DNA of 64,000 nt from an uncultured Gemmatimonadales bacterium (lineage in GTDB: Bacteria > Gemmatimonadota > Gemmatimonadetes > Gemmatimonadales > GWC2-71-9): NCBI GenBank assembly GCA_963730185.1, contig CAVSQW010000017.1:57780-121779 (forward strand). Reading direction: 5' to 3'. The notes beneath the pieces were generated by a model. The model was not told the origin of the DNA, did not search any database, and worked only from the letters and a program-made list of their open reading frames with translations. Positions within the stretch are counted from its first letter, which is position 1, and every line of letters begins with the position of its first letter. This document shows positions 29,055 to 39,808 of this stretch, piece after piece. A program made the translations under genes and the position numbers.

Positions 29055-30203
29055 TCAGTCCACGGCCAGCACCGCGCCCTTGAGGTAGCCGGTCTCGGGG
29101 ACGGTCAGGAGCTCGGGGTGGTCGACCCCCTGGGTCAGGTGTTCGCGCACCGTCACCCGGCGGCCGGCGTCGGCGGCGGCGTCGGCCAGCAGGGCGAGGA
29201 AATCCGGCCAGTGGAGGTGGAACGAGCAGGAGGCCGTGATCAGGATCCCCCCGGGTTGGACCAGGCGCATGGCGTGGAGGTTCACGTCCTTGTAGCCCCG
29301 GATGGCCTTGGGCAGGGCGGCCCGCGACTTGGCGAACGCGGGCGGGTCCACCACCACCAGATCGAACCGCTCGCCGGCCCGGCCCAGGTCGCGGAGAGCG
29401 TCGAAGGCATCGGCCTCGCGCCATTCGATGTTGTCGAGCCCGTTGAGCCGGGCGTTGGCGGCGCCCCGGGTCAGGGCCTCGGCGCTCACGTCGAGGGCCA
29501 GCACCTGGCCGGCCCGGGCGGCCAGGTGGAGGCTGAACGAGCCGTGGTAGCTGAAGCAATCGAGCCCGCGACCCCCGGGCGGCATCAGGGCGCCGGCCCG
29601 GAGCCGGGCGGGCCGCTGGTCGAGAAAGGCCCCGGTCTTCTGGCCGGTCCGGGGCGAGACCAGGTAGCGGATGCCGGCTTCCCGGACCTCGATTTCGTCG
29701 GGGACGGATCCGCTCGCCAGTTCGAGGTTTCGGGGGAGCCGCTCCCGCTGGCGGACGGCCACGTCGTTCCGGAGTAGTATTCCTTCCGGGGCGAGGACGT
29801 CTTCGATCGCGCCGATGACGTCGGGCCGGACCGATTCGAGGCCGGCGCTCAGCAGCTGCGCCACGATCCACCGATCGTACCGGTCGACCACCAGCGAAGG
29901 GAGCAGATCGCCCTCGGCGTGCACCACCCGGTAGGCGGTCGCGTCGATCCCCTCCCGGCGGCGGGCGGCGGCGGCGAGACGCTCCCGCCACCAGGCGCGG
30001 TCGATCGGCCGGTCCGGGTCGGGCTCGATCAGACGGAGGCGGATCTCGGACGCCGGAGAGTAGAGCGCCTGGCCGAGGGGGCGGCCGTTGCCCGCGGCCA
30101 CGGAGACGATGCGGGCCGGCCCCTCCTCGCGCTTCACGTCGCTGGCAAAGATCCAGGGATGGCCGCGCTTCCAGCGGTCCGCGCCGCGTTGGCTGACCCG
30201 CAC
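29055..30203 (-). CDS. rlmI: RlmI-type 23S rRNA methyltransferase
   Basis: GHPWIF PUA domain, GQKTGAFLDQR, DPPAFAK, SCS, PETGYLK. Confidence 0.88.
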   Translation of the reverse strand: MRVSQRGADRWKRGHPWIFASDVKREEGPARIVSVAAGNGRPLGQALYSPASEIRLRLIEPDPDRPIDRAWWRERLAAAARRREGIDATAYRVVHAEGDLLPSLVVDRYDRWIVAQLLSAGLESVRPDVIGAIEDVLAPEGILLRNDVAVRQRERLPRNLELASGSVPDEIEVREAGIRYLVSPRTGQKTGAFLDQRPARLRAGALMPPGGRGLDCFSYHGSFSLHLAARAGQVLALDVSAEALTRGAANARLNGLDNIEWREADAFDALRDLGRAGERFDLVVVDPPAFAKSRAALPKAIRGYKDVNLHAMRLVQPGGILITASCSFHLHWPDFLALLADAAADAGRRVTVREHLTQGVDHPELLTVPETGYLKGAVLAVD

Positions 30204-30251
30204 CTCGTTCGATCCGCTCAGGCCGGCGCTCCGGGTGGAAGGGAGATGTCG

Positions 30252-30875
30252 ATGGCTCGCAATCTAGCCGCCCACCTTCGCCTGATGGCGGTGACCGACG
30301 ACCGCGTGCTCGCGGGACGAGACCTGATCGCGGCCTCGGTGGCGGCCGTCGAGGGGGGCGCGACCGCGGTGCAGCTTCGGCTCAAGGACGCCCCGCCCCG
30401 GGAGCTGGTCGGACTGGCTCGGGAGCTGGTCCGGCGGCTGCCGGTGCCGGTGCTGATCAACGATCGGCTCGACGTGGCGCTCGCCGCCGGGGCCGGTGGC
30501 GTCCATCTGGGTGGGGACGACCTGCCGGTCGCTCGGGCGCGCGCCCTGGTGCCGCCGGGCTTCGTGATCGGGGCGTCGGTGGGGGACGAGGGGGAGGCCG
30601 CCCGGGTGGCTGGAGCGGACTACTGGGGCGTCGGACCCTGGCGGATGACCGGCACCAAGGCGGATGCCGGTGCGGCCCTGGGCCCGGCCGGATTCAGGCG
30701 GATCGGGGCATTGGCCGGCTTGGTGCCCTGCGTGGCGATCGGAGGGGTCACGCCAGCCGACGTGCCGGACGTGCTGGGTGCGGGTGGGGTCGGGGTGGCG
30801 GTGGTGTCCGGCATCTTCGGCGGTCCCGACCCCGCGGCCGGGGCGCGCCGATACGCCGAGGCGCTAGCGGAGTAG
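30252..30875 (+). CDS. thiE: Thiamine phosphate synthase
   Basis: [31 protein letters not shown]. Confidence 0.93.
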   Translation: MARNLAAHLRLMAVTDDRVLAGRDLIAASVAAVEGGATAVQLRLKDAPPRELVGLARELVRRLPVPVLINDRLDVALAAGAGGVHLGGDDLPVARARALVPPGFVIGASVGDEGEAARVAGADYWGVGPWRMTGTKADAGAALGPAGFRRIGALAGLVPCVAIGGVTPADVPDVLGAGGVGVAVVSGIFGGPDPAAGARRYAEALAE

Positions 30876-31511
30876 CTTGGCGCCGGTGCCTTCCTGCACC
30901 TGCTCGAAGGTCCAGCCGGGCAGGAGCTCTACCAACTGGAGCCCCTTCGGGGTCACGTCGAGCACGCACCGCTCGGTGATGATCCGGTCGACGCACCCGA
31001 CCCCGGTGAGCGGAAGGTTGCACCGGGCCAGGATCTTGGGGCTCCCGTCGCGGGCGCAGTGCTCCATGATGATGATCACCCGGCGGGCCCCGGCCACGAG
31101 GTCCATCGCGCCGCCCATGCCTTTGACCATCTTGCCGGGGATCATCCAGTTGGCGAGGTCGCCCTGCTCGGAGACCTGCATCGCGCCCAGGATGCTCAGG
31201 GCGACGTGCCCGCCCCGGATCATCGCGAACGACATGGCGCTGTCGAAGTAGCTGGTCCCGGGGAGCTCGCTGACCGTCTCCTTGCCGGCGTTGATCAGGT
31301 CGGGGTCTTCCTCGCCCTCGAAGGGATAGGGCCCGACGCCGAGCATTCCGTTCTCCGACTGGAGCACCACGGTCACGCCGTCGGGGACGCAATCGGCGAT
31401 CATGGTCGGCATCCCGATGCCGAGATTCACGTAGTAGCCGGTCTGGTCGTTGAGCGTGAGCAGCTCCTGGGCCGCTCGCCGGACGATGGTCTGGCGGGTG
31501 TCGGCGCTCAT
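30864..31511 (-). CDS. scoB: 3-oxoacid CoA-transferase subunit B
   Basis: [22 protein letters not shown]. Confidence 0.94.
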   Translation of the reverse strand: MSADTRQTIVRRAAQELLTLNDQTGYYVNLGIGMPTMIADCVPDGVTVVLQSENGMLGVGPYPFEGEEDPDLINAGKETVSELPGTSYFDSAMSFAMIRGGHVALSILGAMQVSEQGDLANWMIPGKMVKGMGGAMDLVAGARRVIIIMEHCARDGSPKILARCNLPLTGVGCVDRIITERCVLDVTPKGLQLVELLPGWTFEQVQEGTGAKLLR

Positions 31512-32206
31512 CGCTTCCTCACGGTTCGGCGTTCGATCTGCTTGGTGGTGGTCGGCTGCTGCTGGAAGATCCGCTGGACGAAGATGGCGGGCGTGTGGAT
31601 CCCGTCGGGCGCGAGCTCGCCCGGCTCGACCAGGTGCTCCACCTCGGCGATCGTAACCCGTCCCGCCATGGCCATCATCGGGTTGAAGTTCCGGGACGTC
31701 TTCCGGAAGATCAGGTTGCCCTGGGTGTCGCCTTTCCAGGCTTTGACCAGGGCATAGTCGCCGACGATCCCCCGCTCCAGTACGTAGGTCCGCCCCTCGA
31801 ACTCGCGGGTCTCCTTGCCCTCGGCCACCACCGTGCCGAACCCGGTCGGGGTGTAGAACCCGGGGATGCCGGCGCCGCCGGCCCGGATCCGCTCCGAGAG
31901 GGTGCCCTGCGGGATCAGCTCGACCTCGAGCTCGCCCGAGAGCATCAGCTGCTCGAAGACCTCGTTCTCCCCCACGTAGCTCGACATCATCTTCCGGATC
32001 TGCTTGGTCTTGAGCAGATGGACGAGGCCGTGGTTCGAGGTGCCGGCGTTGTTGCTGACGACCGTGAGCCCGGTGGACCCGAGGTCGTGCACGGCGGTGA
32101 TACTCTCTTCGGGGACGCCGCAGAGTCCGAACCCGCCGACCAGGAGCGTGACGTCGCTCGGGATGTCGGCGCAGGCCGCTTTGGCGTTGGGGTAGACCTT
32201 GTTCAC
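31508..32206 (-). CDS. scoA: 3-oxoacid CoA-transferase subunit A
   Basis: [31 protein letters not shown]. Confidence 0.94.
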   Translation of the reverse strand: MNKVYPNAKAACADIPSDVTLLVGGFGLCGVPEESITAVHDLGSTGLTVVSNNAGTSNHGLVHLLKTKQIRKMMSSYVGENEVFEQLMLSGELEVELIPQGTLSERIRAGGAGIPGFYTPTGFGTVVAEGKETREFEGRTYVLERGIVGDYALVKAWKGDTQGNLIFRKTSRNFNPMMAMAGRVTIAEVEHLVEPGELAPDGIHTPAIFVQRIFQQQPTTTKQIERRTVRKR

Positions 32207-32330
32207 GACGGGAAGGCCCCCGGGTGGAGGTGAGGATGAGACGGACTCGCGGAAGATAGCGGGGCGGGGCGGGCCTTCAAGCCGATCCCGCCTCAGCGGC
32301 GGCGATCCGATCCGGAATCAGCGTCCCGCC

Positions 32331-33170
32331 TTACCCCGCCCGGCCGAGATAGGGCGCCACGATGGCGGCGGCGCGATCGAGGCCGGCCAGGTCGAGGCCG
32401 GTATCCGGCCCGAACTGCCGCACCAGGGCCTGGGTGGCCACGTTGCCGGTGGCGCCGGGTGCATAGGGGCAGCCGCCGATCCCGCCGGTACTCGCGTCGA
32501 ACACCCGGATGCCGAGCTCGGCCGCCGCGGCCGCGTTCTCAACCGCCCGACCGTAGGTGTCGTGGAGATGGAGCGCCAGCCGCTCTACCCCGAAGGCCGG
32601 AATCACGAGCTCGAGCACCCGCCGGACCTCGTCGGGCGTGGCCTTGCCGATGGTGTCGCCGATCGACAGCTCGGCGACCCCGAGGGCGATCAGCCGGCGG
32701 CTCACGTCGAGCACCGCCTCGGGCGCGATGGCGCCTTCGTAGGGGCAATGGAAGGCGGTCGACACGTACCCCCGCACGGGCACCGGCGCCGCCCGCACCA
32801 CCGGCCGGAACCGCTCGATCGACTCGGCGATGGTGGCATTGATGTTCTTCCGGGTGAACGTCTCGCTGGCGGCCGTGAACACGGCGATCTTGTCCACCCG
32901 GGCCGTCACCGCCCGCTCCAGCCCCTGCTCGTTCGGAACCAGCGCCATGTACCGGACACCCGGCCGGCGGGCGATGCGCCGAAAGACCTCCTCCGCGTCG
33001 GCCAGCTGGGGAACCCACTTGGGCGAGACGAACGACGACACCTCGATCTCGTCGAAGCCGCACCCCGACAAGGCGTCGATGAAGGCGACCTTCACCTCGG
33101 TGGGAATGGTGGCTTTCTCGTTCTGGAGCCCGTCGCGGGGTCCCATTTCGACGATCCGGATTCGGTTCAT
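32331..33170 (-). CDS. Hydroxymethylglutaryl-CoA lyase
   Basis: EMGPRDGLQNE, GDTIG, HLHDTYG, GGCPYAPGATGN. Confidence 0.95.
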   Translation of the reverse strand: MNRIRIVEMGPRDGLQNEKATIPTEVKVAFIDALSGCGFDEIEVSSFVSPKWVPQLADAEEVFRRIARRPGVRYMALVPNEQGLERAVTARVDKIAVFTAASETFTRKNINATIAESIERFRPVVRAAPVPVRGYVSTAFHCPYEGAIAPEAVLDVSRRLIALGVAELSIGDTIGKATPDEVRRVLELVIPAFGVERLALHLHDTYGRAVENAAAAAELGIRVFDASTGGIGGCPYAPGATGNVATQALVRQFGPDTGLDLAGLDRAAAIVAPYLGRAG

Positions 33171-34191
33171 CGGCTCGAGGAGGTGGAGTTCCGGGCGGCC
33201 GCGCGGCGGGCCTGACGCTGGAGGAGGCGGCTTTGGGCCACGGCCCGAAGGTGTTCGCCGTAGGTGCGGCTGAAAATGTGGCGGCCGTCGGGCCGGGCCA
33301 CGAAATAGAGGTAGGGCACCGGGGCGGGGTGGAGCGTCGCCTCGATGCTGGCCTGTCCGGGCGCCCCGACGGGTCCGGGGGGGAGGCCGGTCCGGAGATA
33401 GGTGTTGTAGGGCGAGTCGAAGCCGTAGTCCTTCTCGTAGAGCCGGGTCTTCCGGGCGCCGGTCGCCAGCTCGATCGCGTACTGCACCGTGGGGTCGGCT
33501 TGGAGTGGCATCCCGATCCGGAGCCGGTTGCGATAGACGGCGGCGACCAGCGGCCGGTCTTCGTCGACCTTTGCCTCGCCTTCGACGATCGACGCCAAGG
33601 TCACCACGTCCAGCCGGCTGAGTCCGGCCTCCGCGGCGAGCGAGTCCCAGGCCGGCTGCCACTCGCGCTGGAAGAGCTTGGCCATCTCGCGGACCAGCTC
33701 GCGGCCGCTGATCAGCCGGGAGACGAAGTAGGTCTCCGGCGCCAGGAAGCCCTCCAGGCTGGGCGCGTCGACGTCGAACTCCCGGAGCAAGGTCGAGTCG
33801 TGGGTCGCGGTCCGGATCGAGTCCGCCGCGATGCCGAGGTCCTTGGCGGCCAGCTCGGCCAGGTCGGCGATGGTCGAGCCCTCGGGGAGGGTGAACCGGG
33901 TGGTGGCCTCGCTGCCCGACGCCACGATCCGGAGCACGGCGAGGGAGGAGCTCCCCGGGGGAGCTCGTAGTACCCGGCCTTGAGCCGCCGGTCGTACCGG
34001 CCGAGGCGGGCCAGGAACGTGAACCAGGTGGGGTGGGTCACCAGGCCGTGGGCCACCAAGCTGTCGCGCATGGCGTGGAACCCCGCGCCCGGCGGCAGGA
34101 AGACCCGTTCCGCGGGCGCCCCCGGGCCCGGTCCAGCGCACCCGAGGGCAGCCCCGAGGAGGGCGGTCGGAATCGCGCGTCGCCAGCTCAC
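33167..34191 (-). CDS. mltG: Endolytic transglycosylase MltG (apparent frameshift near 33960)
   Basis: LKAGYY, TLPEG, LASIVEGE, LQADPT, SPYNTY, GLPPGP. Confidence 0.9.
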
Positions 34192-34629
34192 GGTCGAGGT
34201 CTTCTCGCCTCCATGAAATGCTGCAACAGCACCGCGGCGGCGAGGGCGTCCACGTCGCCCCTCCGCCCCCGGGTGGAGCCGCCCATCTCGCGGACCGTTC
34301 TGAGCGCCAGGGCCGACGACATCCGCTCGTCCCAGAGCGCCACCTCGAGGCCGGTCCGGCGGCCGACCGACTCGGCCAGGGCGGTCGCCTCGCCGGCGGC
34401 GGCCCCCTGGTCACCTTCGGGTGTGAGGGGCAAGTCCGATCACCACGCCGACGGGGCCGTGGGTGGCAACGTAGTCCAGCAGGACCGGCATCGGAAAGCG
34501 CTTGCCCCGCCGGCGCACGATGGTGCCAAGCGGGGTAGCAATCAGTTGGGTGGGGTCGCTCAGGGCGAGACCAATTCTGATCTCGCCCCAGTCGATTCCG
34601 AGGAGGCGTCCGGCGGTCGGAAGGGCCAC
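34188..34629 (-). CDS. ruvX: RuvX/YqgF pre-16S rRNA nuclease (apparent frameshift near 34432)
   Basis: LGIDWGEIRIGLALSD, then WDERMSS and VDALAAAVLLQ in a second frame. Confidence 0.9.
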
Positions 34630-34641
34630 CGGGCGGGAAAC

Positions 34642-35937
34642 CTATTGAGCCATCGTGGCGAAGAAGTCCTTGTTGGTCTTGGTGCGCTTCATCCGCTCCA
34701 ACAGGAACTCCATCGCCTCGACGGGCGGCATGTCGGCCAGGAAGTTCCGGAGCAGGTAGACCCGGTTGAGCTCGTCCTTGTCCATGAGGAGCTCTTCCTT
34801 CCGCGTGCTGGTCTTCTGAATGTCGATGGCCGGGTAGATCCGGCGATCGGCCAGCCGGCGATCGAGGACCATTTCGCTGTTGCCGGTGCCTTTGAACTCC
34901 TCGAAGATGACCTCGTCCATCCGGGAGCCGGTATCGATCAGCGCGGTGGCGATGATGGTGAGCGAGCCACCGCCCTCGATGTTCCGGGCCGCGCCGAAGA
35001 AGCGCTTGGGCTTCTGGAGCGCGTTGGCGTCCACGCCGCCCGAAAGGATCTTGCCGGAGTGGGGCACCACAACGTTGTGGGCCCGGGCCAGACGGGTGAT
35101 CGAGTCGAGCAGGATGACCACGTCGCGGCCATGCTCGACCAGGCGCTTGGCCTTTTCGATTACCATGTCGGCCACCTGGACGTGCCGGTCGGCCGGCTCG
35201 TCGAAGGTGGAGGCGATCACCTCGGCCTTCACGTTTTCCTGCATGTCGGTGACTTCTTCGGGGCGCTCGTCGATCAGGAGGACGATGAGCACGACCTCGG
35301 GGTGGTTCTCGCTGATCGCGTTGGCCAGCTTCTGGAGCAGGATCGTCTTGCCGGCCTTGGGGGGGGCGACGATCAGGCCGCGCTGGCCCTTGCCGATCGG
35401 GGCGAGCAGGTCGACCACGCGCATCGAGATGTCGCCCTTCTTGCTCTCCAGGCGAAGCCGGGCGTCCGGGTAGCGGGGCCGGAGGTTGTCGAACGCGATC
35501 CGGTGCTTGGTCTTTTCGGGCTCTTCGTAGTTGACGCTCTCGACTTTGAGCAGGGCGAGGTAGCGCTCGCCCTCCTTCGGGGGTCGGACCTGCCCCATGA
35601 CCGTGTCGCCGGTCCGGAGGTCGAAGCGCTTGATCTGGCTCGGGCTGACATAGATGTCGTCGGGCCCGTAGAGGTAGTTCCAGTCCTGACTCCGCAGAAA
35701 CCCGTAGCCTTCGGGCAGAATCTCGAGGACGCCCTCACCCCGGATGACGGTGTCCTTGTCGAGCAGACACTGCTCAATCCGGAAGATCAGGTCCTGCTTG
35801 CGCAGGCCTGAGTAGTTGGTGATGTTGAGTTCCTGCGCGAGCTCGTTGAGCTCGACGACGGATTTCTGCTTCAGTTCGGAGATGTCCACGGAGGGAACCT
35901 CTGCTTCGCCGCCCCGTGAGCGTGGACCGGCGGACAT
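34642..35937 (-). CDS. rho: Transcription termination factor Rho
   Basis: [37 protein letters not shown]. Confidence 0.99.
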   Translation of the reverse strand: MSAGPRSRGGEAEVPSVDISELKQKSVVELNELAQELNITNYSGLRKQDLIFRIEQCLLDKDTVIRGEGVLEILPEGYGFLRSQDWNYLYGPDDIYVSPSQIKRFDLRTGDTVMGQVRPPKEGERYLALLKVESVNYEEPEKTKHRIAFDNLRPRYPDARLRLESKKGDISMRVVDLLAPIGKGQRGLIVAPPKAGKTILLQKLANAISENHPEVVLIVLLIDERPEEVTDMQENVKAEVIASTFDEPADRHVQVADMVIEKAKRLVEHGRDVVILLDSITRLARAHNVVVPHSGKILSGGVDANALQKPKRFFGAARNIEGGGSLTIIATALIDTGSRMDEVIFEEFKGTGNSEMVLDRRLADRRIYPAIDIQKTSTRKEELLMDKDELNRVYLLRNFLADMPPVEAMEFLLERMKRTKTNKDFFATMAQ

Positions 35938-36039
35938 TGGATGTTCGCTTGTCGGGTTTGAGGTGGAGACCCCGGAGTCCGGGGCAGGGGCACGCCCCTT
36001 GGATCGTTTTCGGGGATGACGTTTCGGTTGGATAGGCCT

Positions 36040-36069
36040 AACCTAGTCTGTTGCCCTGCTGGTCGTCAA
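36040..36069 (-). promoter_or_regulatory. Candidate sigma-70 promoter of rho
   Basis: TTGACG-N18-TAGGTT. Confidence 0.45.
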
Positions 36070-36077
36070 GAGGCTCA

Positions 36078-37211
36078 GTGAACGAATTCGATCAACTCTT
36101 TTCCGCCTGGCGGACCCTCGAGCTCGGGACCCGTGAGGCGATCGACGCGCTCGTCGCCGAGCCCCATCGGGGGCCTTCCCCGGAACTCCAGCGGCTTCTG
36201 GCCGGCTGGCAGGGGGCCCACTACTGGAGCGACCGGCGTGGCGGACGATTGATTCTAATACGCACCCGAGTAAAAGACGGTTCCCCCCGGTGGGGTTGGC
36301 ACATCCTGCTGCTCGGGCTGACCGTCGTCTTCTCCTTGGCGGCCGGGGCGGCGCTGGCCGGGGTCTGGTATCCGATCGAGTACCCCGGCTTCCTGGTCGG
36401 CTTCGCGCACGAGGTAGCGCAGTTCTTCGTGGGCCTGTTCCAGGGCGACTGGCGGTCGTTCCTGGTGGGCTGGTCGTTCGCCCTTCCCCTCCTCGGCATC
36501 CTGCTGGTCCACGAACTGGGACACTACCTGGCCGCCCGCCGTTACGCCATCGACACCTCGCCGCCCTATTTCATTCCGATGCCCCCGACCATCTCGCCGA
36601 TTGGGAGCTTCGGCGCGTTCATCCGGCTCCGGAGCCCCGTGCTCGACCGGCGGCAGCTCACCGACGTCGGGGCGGCGGGGCCGCTGGCCGGATTCGTGGT
36701 GGCGCTGGTGGTGCTGGTCTGGGGGTACCTCACTTCGGAACGGATTCCGTTCGAGCCGGGTTTCACCCGAAGTTACATCGTCTTCGCCGGCCGGACCCTG
36801 TTTCTGGGTGAGTCGCTGCTCACCCGCGCCCTTCGGGACTGGCTGCTGCCCGGCGATACGGCCGTCCACCTGAGCCTCCCGGCCTTCGCCGGGTGGGTCG
36901 GCTGCTACCTTACCGGGCTCAACCTGCTGCCGCTCAGCCAGCTCGACGGCGGCCACGTGCTCTACGGGATGCTGGGGCGGCGGCAGTCCACGGTGGCGCT
37001 GCTGACGATCCTGGGCCTCCTCTATCTGGCTCAGTTCTCGTGGAACTGGTATATCTGGGTGGCCCTGGCGCTCGTCATCGGCGGCGGTCGGTGGGCCCAC
37101 CCGCCGGTGGCGGTGGCCGGCCAGTCCATCCCTGCCAGTCGGGTGTGGGTGGCGGTCGCCTGTATCCTGGTGTTCGCTGCCACCTTCGTGCCAATTCCCT
37201 TTGTCGGGTAG
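36078..37211 (+). CDS. Site-2 protease (M50) family metalloprotease
   Basis: HELGH, GAAGPLAG, NLLPLSQLDGGH. Confidence 0.93.
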   Translation: MNEFDQLFSAWRTLELGTREAIDALVAEPHRGPSPELQRLLAGWQGAHYWSDRRGGRLILIRTRVKDGSPRWGWHILLLGLTVVFSLAAGAALAGVWYPIEYPGFLVGFAHEVAQFFVGLFQGDWRSFLVGWSFALPLLGILLVHELGHYLAARRYAIDTSPPYFIPMPPTISPIGSFGAFIRLRSPVLDRRQLTDVGAAGPLAGFVVALVVLVWGYLTSERIPFEPGFTRSYIVFAGRTLFLGESLLTRALRDWLLPGDTAVHLSLPAFAGWVGCYLTGLNLLPLSQLDGGHVLYGMLGRRQSTVALLTILGLLYLAQFSWNWYIWVALALVIGGGRWAHPPVAVAGQSIPASRVWVAVACILVFAATFVPIPFVG

Positions 37212-37218
37212 CCTTCCC

Positions 37219-37401
37219 ATGGACGACGGCCAGCGTTTGGCCAAGTTGCGGCACGACCTCGCCAATCCCCTCTCGGCGATTCTGGCGGAGATCCAACTCC
37301 TGCTGATGAGCCAGGGCGAGCTTGCGCCGGAGACGGTCGCCGCGCTCCGGACGATCGAGCAGCAGGCCATCCGGATGCGGACCCAGCTGCTCAGCTCCTG
37401 A
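37219..37401 (+). CDS. Stand-alone HisKA/DHp-domain microprotein (60 aa)
   Basis: RHDLANPLSAIL H-box plus second helix; no ATPase domain; clean stop. Confidence 0.75.
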   Translation: MDDGQRLAKLRHDLANPLSAILAEIQLLLMSQGELAPETVAALRTIEQQAIRMRTQLLSS

Positions 37402-37414
37402 GTGACGCCGGGCC

Positions 37415-39649
37415 TCAGTCCTCGATCCGGTTGCCTCGGGCCTGACCGTCGAGAACCTCCCGGATGCCTTGGGCCAGGTCCGTGACCCGGTAGGGCTTCT
37501 GGAGGAAGGCGTCGGCCCCCGACTGGAGGAGCCCTTCCACCACCTCGTTCAACTCGTATCCGCTCGAGATCAGGACCCGCATCCCGGGGCGGACCTCCTT
37601 GAGTATCGGGAACGCCTCCGCGCCGCCGGCCAACGGCATGCCCATGTCCAAGATGGCGAGGTGGATCGGGCCGGGATGATCGCGCGCGACCGCCACCGCA
37701 TCGAGCCCGTTGCGGGCGATCAAGACCCGGTAGCGGAGCCGCTGGAGAATGGCCCGGGTCACGTCCAGCACCGCCTCGTCGTCGTCGATCAGCAGGATGG
37801 TCTCGTCGCCGGTCGGCAACTGAGCTCGGGGCGGTCGGGTCGCGCGGGCCGGCCCGGCGACGGCGGCCAGCCAGATGGAGAACTTGGTCCCGCGATCTAC
37901 TTCGCTCTCGACTCCGATGAACCCATGGTGGTTCTTCACGATCCCATACGCCGCGGCCAGACCGAGGCCGCGGCCCTGGAACTTGGTGCTGAAGAAGGGT
38001 TCGAAAATCCGCGGCAGCGCCGCCGCCGGGATCCCGGTTCCGCTGTCCTCGACCTCGAGCAACACGTGCGGACCCGGTCCGAGGCCGGGTCGATCCACGA
38101 CGTCCTCGGCCGAGAGCTCCGCCCGGCGGGTCCGGACCGTCACCCGTCCCATCCCCTGGATCGCTTCGCCGGCATTGATGCAGAGGTTGGTGATGACCTG
38201 GCCAACCTGCACCGGATCCGCCTCGATGGCGGGTAGGTCCTGGTCCAGATCCTCTTCCAGCTGAATTCGAGGCGGCAGGGCGTGCTGGTGGAGATGCAAG
38301 GCCTGATGGATCACCTCATTGAGGCTGATGGCCGCCGTCTGATATTTCCCGCCCCGGGCGTACGCCAGGAGCTGCTGGGCCAGCGCTCCACCCCGTTTCG
38401 CGGCCTCGGCAATCTGGCCGAGCCGGGAGGGCGCGTCCGGGAAGCTCGGATCGGTGAGCAGCAGCTCGGCGTTGCCGAGGATGCTGGTCATCAGGTTGTT
38501 GAAGTCGTGGGCGACGCCCGCGGCCAGGGTCGCCGCCGCCTCCATCCGGGAGGCGGCCCGGAGAATCTCCTCGCTCCTGACCCGCTCGGTGATGTCCCGA
38601 GTGATGCAGATCAGGGTCGTTTGCCCGTCCGGCCCGGCGTCGGCCGCGTGGGCCGTCATCTCACAATGGACCGTTCCGCCGTCGGCCCGGGTCAGGCGGA
38701 ACGTCACCAGTCGCAGGACCTCGGTGGCGCCGGCCCGCTCGAGGGCGTGACTGACCGAGTTACGGTCTTCCTCGTGAACCAGTTCCTGGAGCGAGCGGCC
38801 CACCAGCGTCCGGGGAGGGATGCCGAGCAGGGTGAGGGCCGCCGGCGATGCGTAGATGATCCGGCCGTCCGGGGCCACCTGCGAGATCAGGTCCTGCGAT
38901 CCCTCGGCCAGCCGCCGGAAGCGGAGCTCGCTCGACTCGAGGGCCTGGGCCGCCTGGTGGTGGCGGGTGGTGTCGAGCGCCGCGAGCAGGGCGGTGTGGG
39001 CGGTTCCGTCGGCGCTCCGCTCGGGCACCACCGTGGCGTCGAACCACCACTCCCGCCCCGGGGTCCCGGTCCGGATCTCGAACCGCTGCGGCTCGCCGGT
39101 CCGAAGCACCTCTTCGACCACGGCGGACAGGGTGCGCGCGGCCTGGCTCGGGAGGCCGAACTCCTCGGGGCGGCGGCCGATCAGGGCGGCCCGAGGCCGG
39201 CCGGCGACCGTCGACGCGGGCGCGTTGGCGAAGACCACCCGGCGGTTGCGATCGAAGCGGAGGAGAGCCACGGGGAGCCGGTCGAGGGTGTCCTCGGGGT
39301 CGCTCCGAACCGGTTCGGGTTGGGGGCGGAAGGAGACCGCGGTCAGCCGTTGGGGGTCGAGCGGCACGCCCCGGAACGAGACTACCAAGCGTAAGGGATG
39401 GCCGTCGCGGTGACGGGCCACGACGGTGGTCGTCTTGGACAGGGCCGCGCCGCTGGCCGAGGCCGTAGCGCCCAGCCCCGGCACGAGCTCGTGCAACGGC
39501 CGTCCGACCAGCTCGCCTCTGGGATAGCCGAACAGGTGCTCCGCCGGCTGGTTCATGCCGACGATGCGCCGATCGCGATCGGCCACGATCGCGGGGTCCG
39601 GAACGTTTTCGAGAAGGGACACCAACGACTGGAGCCGCTCGTCGGCCAT
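37415..39649 (-). CDS. Multi-PAS hybrid histidine kinase (CckA-like)
   Basis: Three PAS domains, AHDFNNL, NLCINA, FEPFFSTK, GRGLGL, C-terminal REC. Confidence 0.94.
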   Translation of the reverse strand: MADERLQSLVSLLENVPDPAIVADRDRRIVGMNQPAEHLFGYPRGELVGRPLHELVPGLGATASASGAALSKTTTVVARHRDGHPLRLVVSFRGVPLDPQRLTAVSFRPQPEPVRSDPEDTLDRLPVALLRFDRNRRVVFANAPASTVAGRPRAALIGRRPEEFGLPSQAARTLSAVVEEVLRTGEPQRFEIRTGTPGREWWFDATVVPERSADGTAHTALLAALDTTRHHQAAQALESSELRFRRLAEGSQDLISQVAPDGRIIYASPAALTLLGIPPRTLVGRSLQELVHEEDRNSVSHALERAGATEVLRLVTFRLTRADGGTVHCEMTAHAADAGPDGQTTLICITRDITERVRSEEILRAASRMEAAATLAAGVAHDFNNLMTSILGNAELLLTDPSFPDAPSRLGQIAEAAKRGGALAQQLLAYARGGKYQTAAISLNEVIHQALHLHQHALPPRIQLEEDLDQDLPAIEADPVQVGQVITNLCINAGEAIQGMGRVTVRTRRAELSAEDVVDRPGLGPGPHVLLEVEDSGTGIPAAALPRIFEPFFSTKFQGRGLGLAAAYGIVKNHHGFIGVESEVDRGTKFSIWLAAVAGPARATRPPRAQLPTGDETILLIDDDEAVLDVTRAILQRLRYRVLIARNGLDAVAVARDHPGPIHLAILDMGMPLAGGAEAFPILKEVRPGMRVLISSGYELNEVVEGLLQSGADAFLQKPYRVTDLAQGIREVLDGQARGNRIED

Positions 39650-39808
39650 GGTCCCGCCTGCTCGGGGTCCGCCGATTTGCATACAGATGCAATCTCGACC
39701 GGGACGATTGGTTCGCGGTAGGGGCCATATGGCCCTACTGCTCGTCCAGTGGCGGCGACCCGACAGTCGGCCGCCAATATCGCGGCTACGTCGAGGCCGG
39801 GGCCCCGA

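Noticed and set aside
30204..30251. TPP riboswitch before thiE
   Set aside because: The gap is under 50 bp and lacks the CTGAGA core
33960..34440. Programmed frameshifting in mltG/ruvX
   Set aside because: No slippery motif or stimulator recognised; indels are widespread and fit sequencing error
39676..39700. Sigma-54 promoter for the hybrid kinase
   Set aside because: GG-to-GC spacing is 8, not 10
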